Positions 63,501 to 64,000 of a DNA stretch of 64,000 bases are shown here, in pieces. How positions within the stretch are numbered: position 1 is the stretch's first letter; every line of letters starts with the position of its first letter. The notes under the pieces are model-generated. The model had not been told where the DNA came from and made no database searches. It saw only the letters and a program-made list of their open reading frames with translations. A program made the translations under genes and the position numbers. This DNA is from Naegleria gruberi (taxonomy: Eukaryota): NCBI GenBank assembly GCA_000004985.1, contig GG738910.1, one strand, 5' to 3'.

Positions 63501-63940
63501 TTTGCTGATTCAAACCTGAGAGCACTTGGTAATCTCTTCAGATTGGAGTTTGATGCTGCTGCCAAGTGATTGCCTCTTGGAGAGGAATAGGAAGATGGTT
63601 GTCCATTTGGTGAATGATCGTTTTCCACAACTTTTGGCAAATTGTGTAATTGTAACTTGTGTTGGAGCATGATTTGAGAAAGGGACTGTTGTTTCACTTC
63701 CACTGGTACCAAATTATCCATTGTTTGATTTGTTGTTGTTGTTGTTTGATTATTGTTATTTGGAGATGGAGTATTTTCCTCATCATCACTTTCAATAGAT
63801 TGAATATCATTTAAACTTTCATCGTCAACATAATCGTCATGTGATGGATAAAATTCCTCTTGTTCCTTCTTTTGTTGTTCTGTTTTGTGAAAGAAATTAT
63901 CTAATAGAAATCTTTGGAAAATACAAACCTGCAATTTCAT
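57503..63940 (-). CDS. Large RasGEF (2145 aa): S/T/N-rich N-terminus, C2/DOCK DHR-1-like region, armadillo-like helical region, RasGEF N-terminal (REM) domain and a C-terminal Cdc25-homology RasGEF catalytic domain.
   Basis: Cdc25 domain: FNILEWSPIEIARQITLIEYEYFQKIEPKECL...PNIAHLTDRWNKMTQFVACSIL...NNFHGLSEILSGLSNVSVYRLKKTW...LPPCIPPLSMYLKDLTFINDGNP. REM: LDKLIEKITSDKETDPKFRDVFFLTYRSFCS. DHR-1-like: ...YPLFFDQIKIQLPFPIHDNHHLVFEFRHVSS...VIGFSILKLVQDEG (coding at ~61080-61140). Single ORF from ATG. Confidence 0.75.
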   Translation of the reverse strand: MKLQVCIFQRFLLDNFFHKTEQQKKEQEEFYPSHDDYVDDESLNDIQSIESDDEENTPSPNNNNQTTTTTNQTMDNLVPVEVKQQSLSQIMLQHKLQLHNLPKVVENDHSPNGQPSSYSSPRGNHLAAASNSNLKRLPSALRFESANLTPRSPRPSNTPSSASSTNTNSKSSSFKNSSPLAASSAVGVKVFSQENEVDQQQVSPQKENTECRNNNSSTTTSTTGNNTNGLTTATTNVPVTSRPKQSDDFVEHPLFSPPDNFIEMVHENLPIHFNDVLTSNNDESIRQILNNSLSDHPALQFATRLILDEKQIVRINNNNLDGSKIKNQLDWDLEMSAKAGLNPITGKQLSDSTSTTCNLLISSQIGSTIVPISAPLSANQIRIDDSPYKPSLTPSASLPLTPKRLKARSNTTNNVLSNPTVNVAPPASSSFSPISTNYLSVNSQEYLGGKYSSASNTGLGMILTNSGSSLVDPRRSDVDLETLEVDVEEEEEEEIVNTELNFREVSEKMYEETSNRVASIYNPFYRLSNLEEDVCKRGIPSNPFQVDQSLKILINAKGLIFENTDINLEPLYATLYLYDKKTESRISEEFNFTLNTGMGTLTQLGIEKSFPKDLLSTEAKMKAIFSVKDKNPNIYLVLWVKRIFSDNSYVDNTYLAKKKIDESSKKSYLEKLKTAYSFLDQFKSPLICAVEPLFEEKRESVTSNELKVSIEEPPTYEVRKGAIIFDKLFVVPHLDGKKQRCNVSSLIEHQRDYSKQKGTLKVDNITFKNISAKFTMLIDSNPDNISKYHQVRPLYDTGVHEVKAVSVSEDNADSFTFDDDETITMSFNTFSHSSKSTTLFTTAPKLDLTFNHVLYILLDNINMTSLPNSYKSVAVRVLLRENDEMSGGVLVGASRIFSEGSRNYIGGMDIKQQAISSITYHEKYPLFFDQIKIQLPFPIHDNHHLVFEFRHVSSKRGQPVSGVVGKADTTVIGFSILKLVQDEGFKNGMKKLPIYKCTTLPNNYLSDKSLQKYANGKSIFRFNVIAKSSIFPSDKNAVSLLTNSGLFINSKNNNLPKGSFLSQLNDAMSLSDAESILKNFQKAHWSQMLYHFPVFLNCVMYIIANVKTASLQNSTSSEIQNNNSVSEKTLGIAGFVKKRTATLTSRTKNVESVKETTTSTSTTTTSLSLLVFETLLHMLRGMRSNSRLDYYERDQFLNGYIYYMFKNPPTPDNTSFCLLLAERWEEFFKSCHTKETESRTKESNSNTTESSGASSSTNDSVANRPRRATYFSKPRSNQSSESQESTVEEINALDSLKLSWFLFDTLVKSMKLYILEGKKQDVFTEVFYTKMRSLQTKLMERLLTASGDPIKLHFVKVVNRHLALFMCDLLEISLMKEMKDDVRFRKFVKTALNDYVLTTQFKSSPVVVGLKFDFAEIIIDSSIFVEVNMCSETPFLLKFVIGILQKANKPDLRTITLRIINRLIVKLDSLTKFSSADSRNEICKLVMPLFFEIAHVEKLLRNMDNDLQSHFAVSFVHCLRNRKKEEWPEIWNHKSPDVLVSFVKLLSIAINKHIAYPVRVTRRMIKTIVIEILVCFIEQKWELMIMENEKYSPVIEEVLLLIMKYIEQFNQSSQDAENVRKRMDPMLTNTMLTPLFVTIVQKLIPVFSIDIHDDRWKWALGTLLSVCCFPLSQSENESYILESIDCLLISHQAKLENIEKNHEKLILTEDSEKNYVVENNQIKAATLDKLIEKITSDKETDPKFRDVFFLTYRSFCSSHVLMDKLIDRFNIAEEQKKQDIQPEANTKVLLRVINAVKMWVEKYFHDFDNLLLVRLIQFLDSVANIKEFSSFCNALRKTLSNKLIKDNDKAVKHAKQTDVPDPIIPENFSEHVAFNILEWSPIEIARQITLIEYEYFQKIEPKECLSGAWTKSSKYDEAPNIAHLTDRWNKMTQFVACSILSQNDLKIRRRYIIKFIELANALRDINNFHGLSEILSGLSNVSVYRLKKTWATVPTEYLTLYEDLKKLCSQEQANKNMRQALQLCLPPCIPPLSMYLKDLTFINDGNPDYIRDGLINVFKRRQVSKIILEIRQYQMQPYYFETVDFIKRIINQIQTVTLEDYKLYTSGVSTNPSIQSLLSLGNIQLVDEDTLWDRSLELEPRQPQQ

Positions 63941-64000
63941 TGACAGTTTTTAATAATACAACTGGAAATTGTCGTAAATTATCAAGAAGTTGGTCTAAAT

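Noticed and set aside
1-64000. A prokaryotic defence island, CRISPR array or phage region, which is the default expectation for this kind of task
   Set aside because: The sequence is eukaryotic: GTAAGT...AG introns with correct phase, poly-N/Q/S/T coding tracts, A-rich ATG contexts, RasGEF, ankyrin, RCC1, SH3 and DOCK-like domains. The N-runs are assembly gaps, not repeat-spacer arrays. No direct-repeat/spacer periodicity anywhere.

Overview
This window is eukaryotic, not prokaryotic. It shows short GTAAGT...AG introns (37-55 nt), A-rich ATG contexts, poly-N/Q/S/T tracts, ~30-35% GC and TAA stops, all typical of a dictyostelid social-amoeba (Amoebozoa) draft assembly. It has six runs of N (assembly gaps), including one of 5.3 kb. 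The many 'M' starts in the ORF track that are really TTG/GTG were corrected to the first ATG.

The window has two parts:

1. About 1-28.5 kb is an 'accessory-like' block of four co-amplified, lineage-specific small-protein gene families. Fam1 is an MSFIDET/KQSRLRKPLQND...DDCESFLSSISFLY family (6 copies plus one 3' fragment). Fam2 is an LNLDVIDFMQSWELLKM...KHLKRRRKYQKRK...MEFHFPVWTFHLE family (6 copies). Fam3 is a ...RRTSITIRELLN family (3 copies, one with an AT-hook). Fam4 is a pair of small RWP-RK-like proteins. Each duplicated unit carries its promoter region, and several copies are frameshifted or truncated by gaps.

2. About 28.5-64 kb holds ordinary housekeeping and signalling genes:
- a frameshifted NHL-repeat gene;
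- a 2-exon kinase-like gene;
- two tandem paralogs of unknown function;
- an SH3 protein with a BAR-like N-terminus;
- an RCC1-repeat protein;
- a type II membrane glycosyltransferase-like protein;
- a 1360-aa U-box/RING + vWA + ankyrin-repeat protein;
- a 1743-aa multi-pass membrane class III adenylate cyclase with a PAS domain;
- a secreted bacterial-type DUF1343/NamZ-like protein (HGT candidate);
- GDP-mannose 4,6-dehydratase (2 exons);
- a type II membrane protein;
- a 2145-aa RasGEF (REM+Cdc25) whose N-terminal/middle part looks like a DOCK DHR-1 region.

No rRNA, CRISPR or recognisable transposon was seen. No tRNA was detected by eye, but a scan would be needed.
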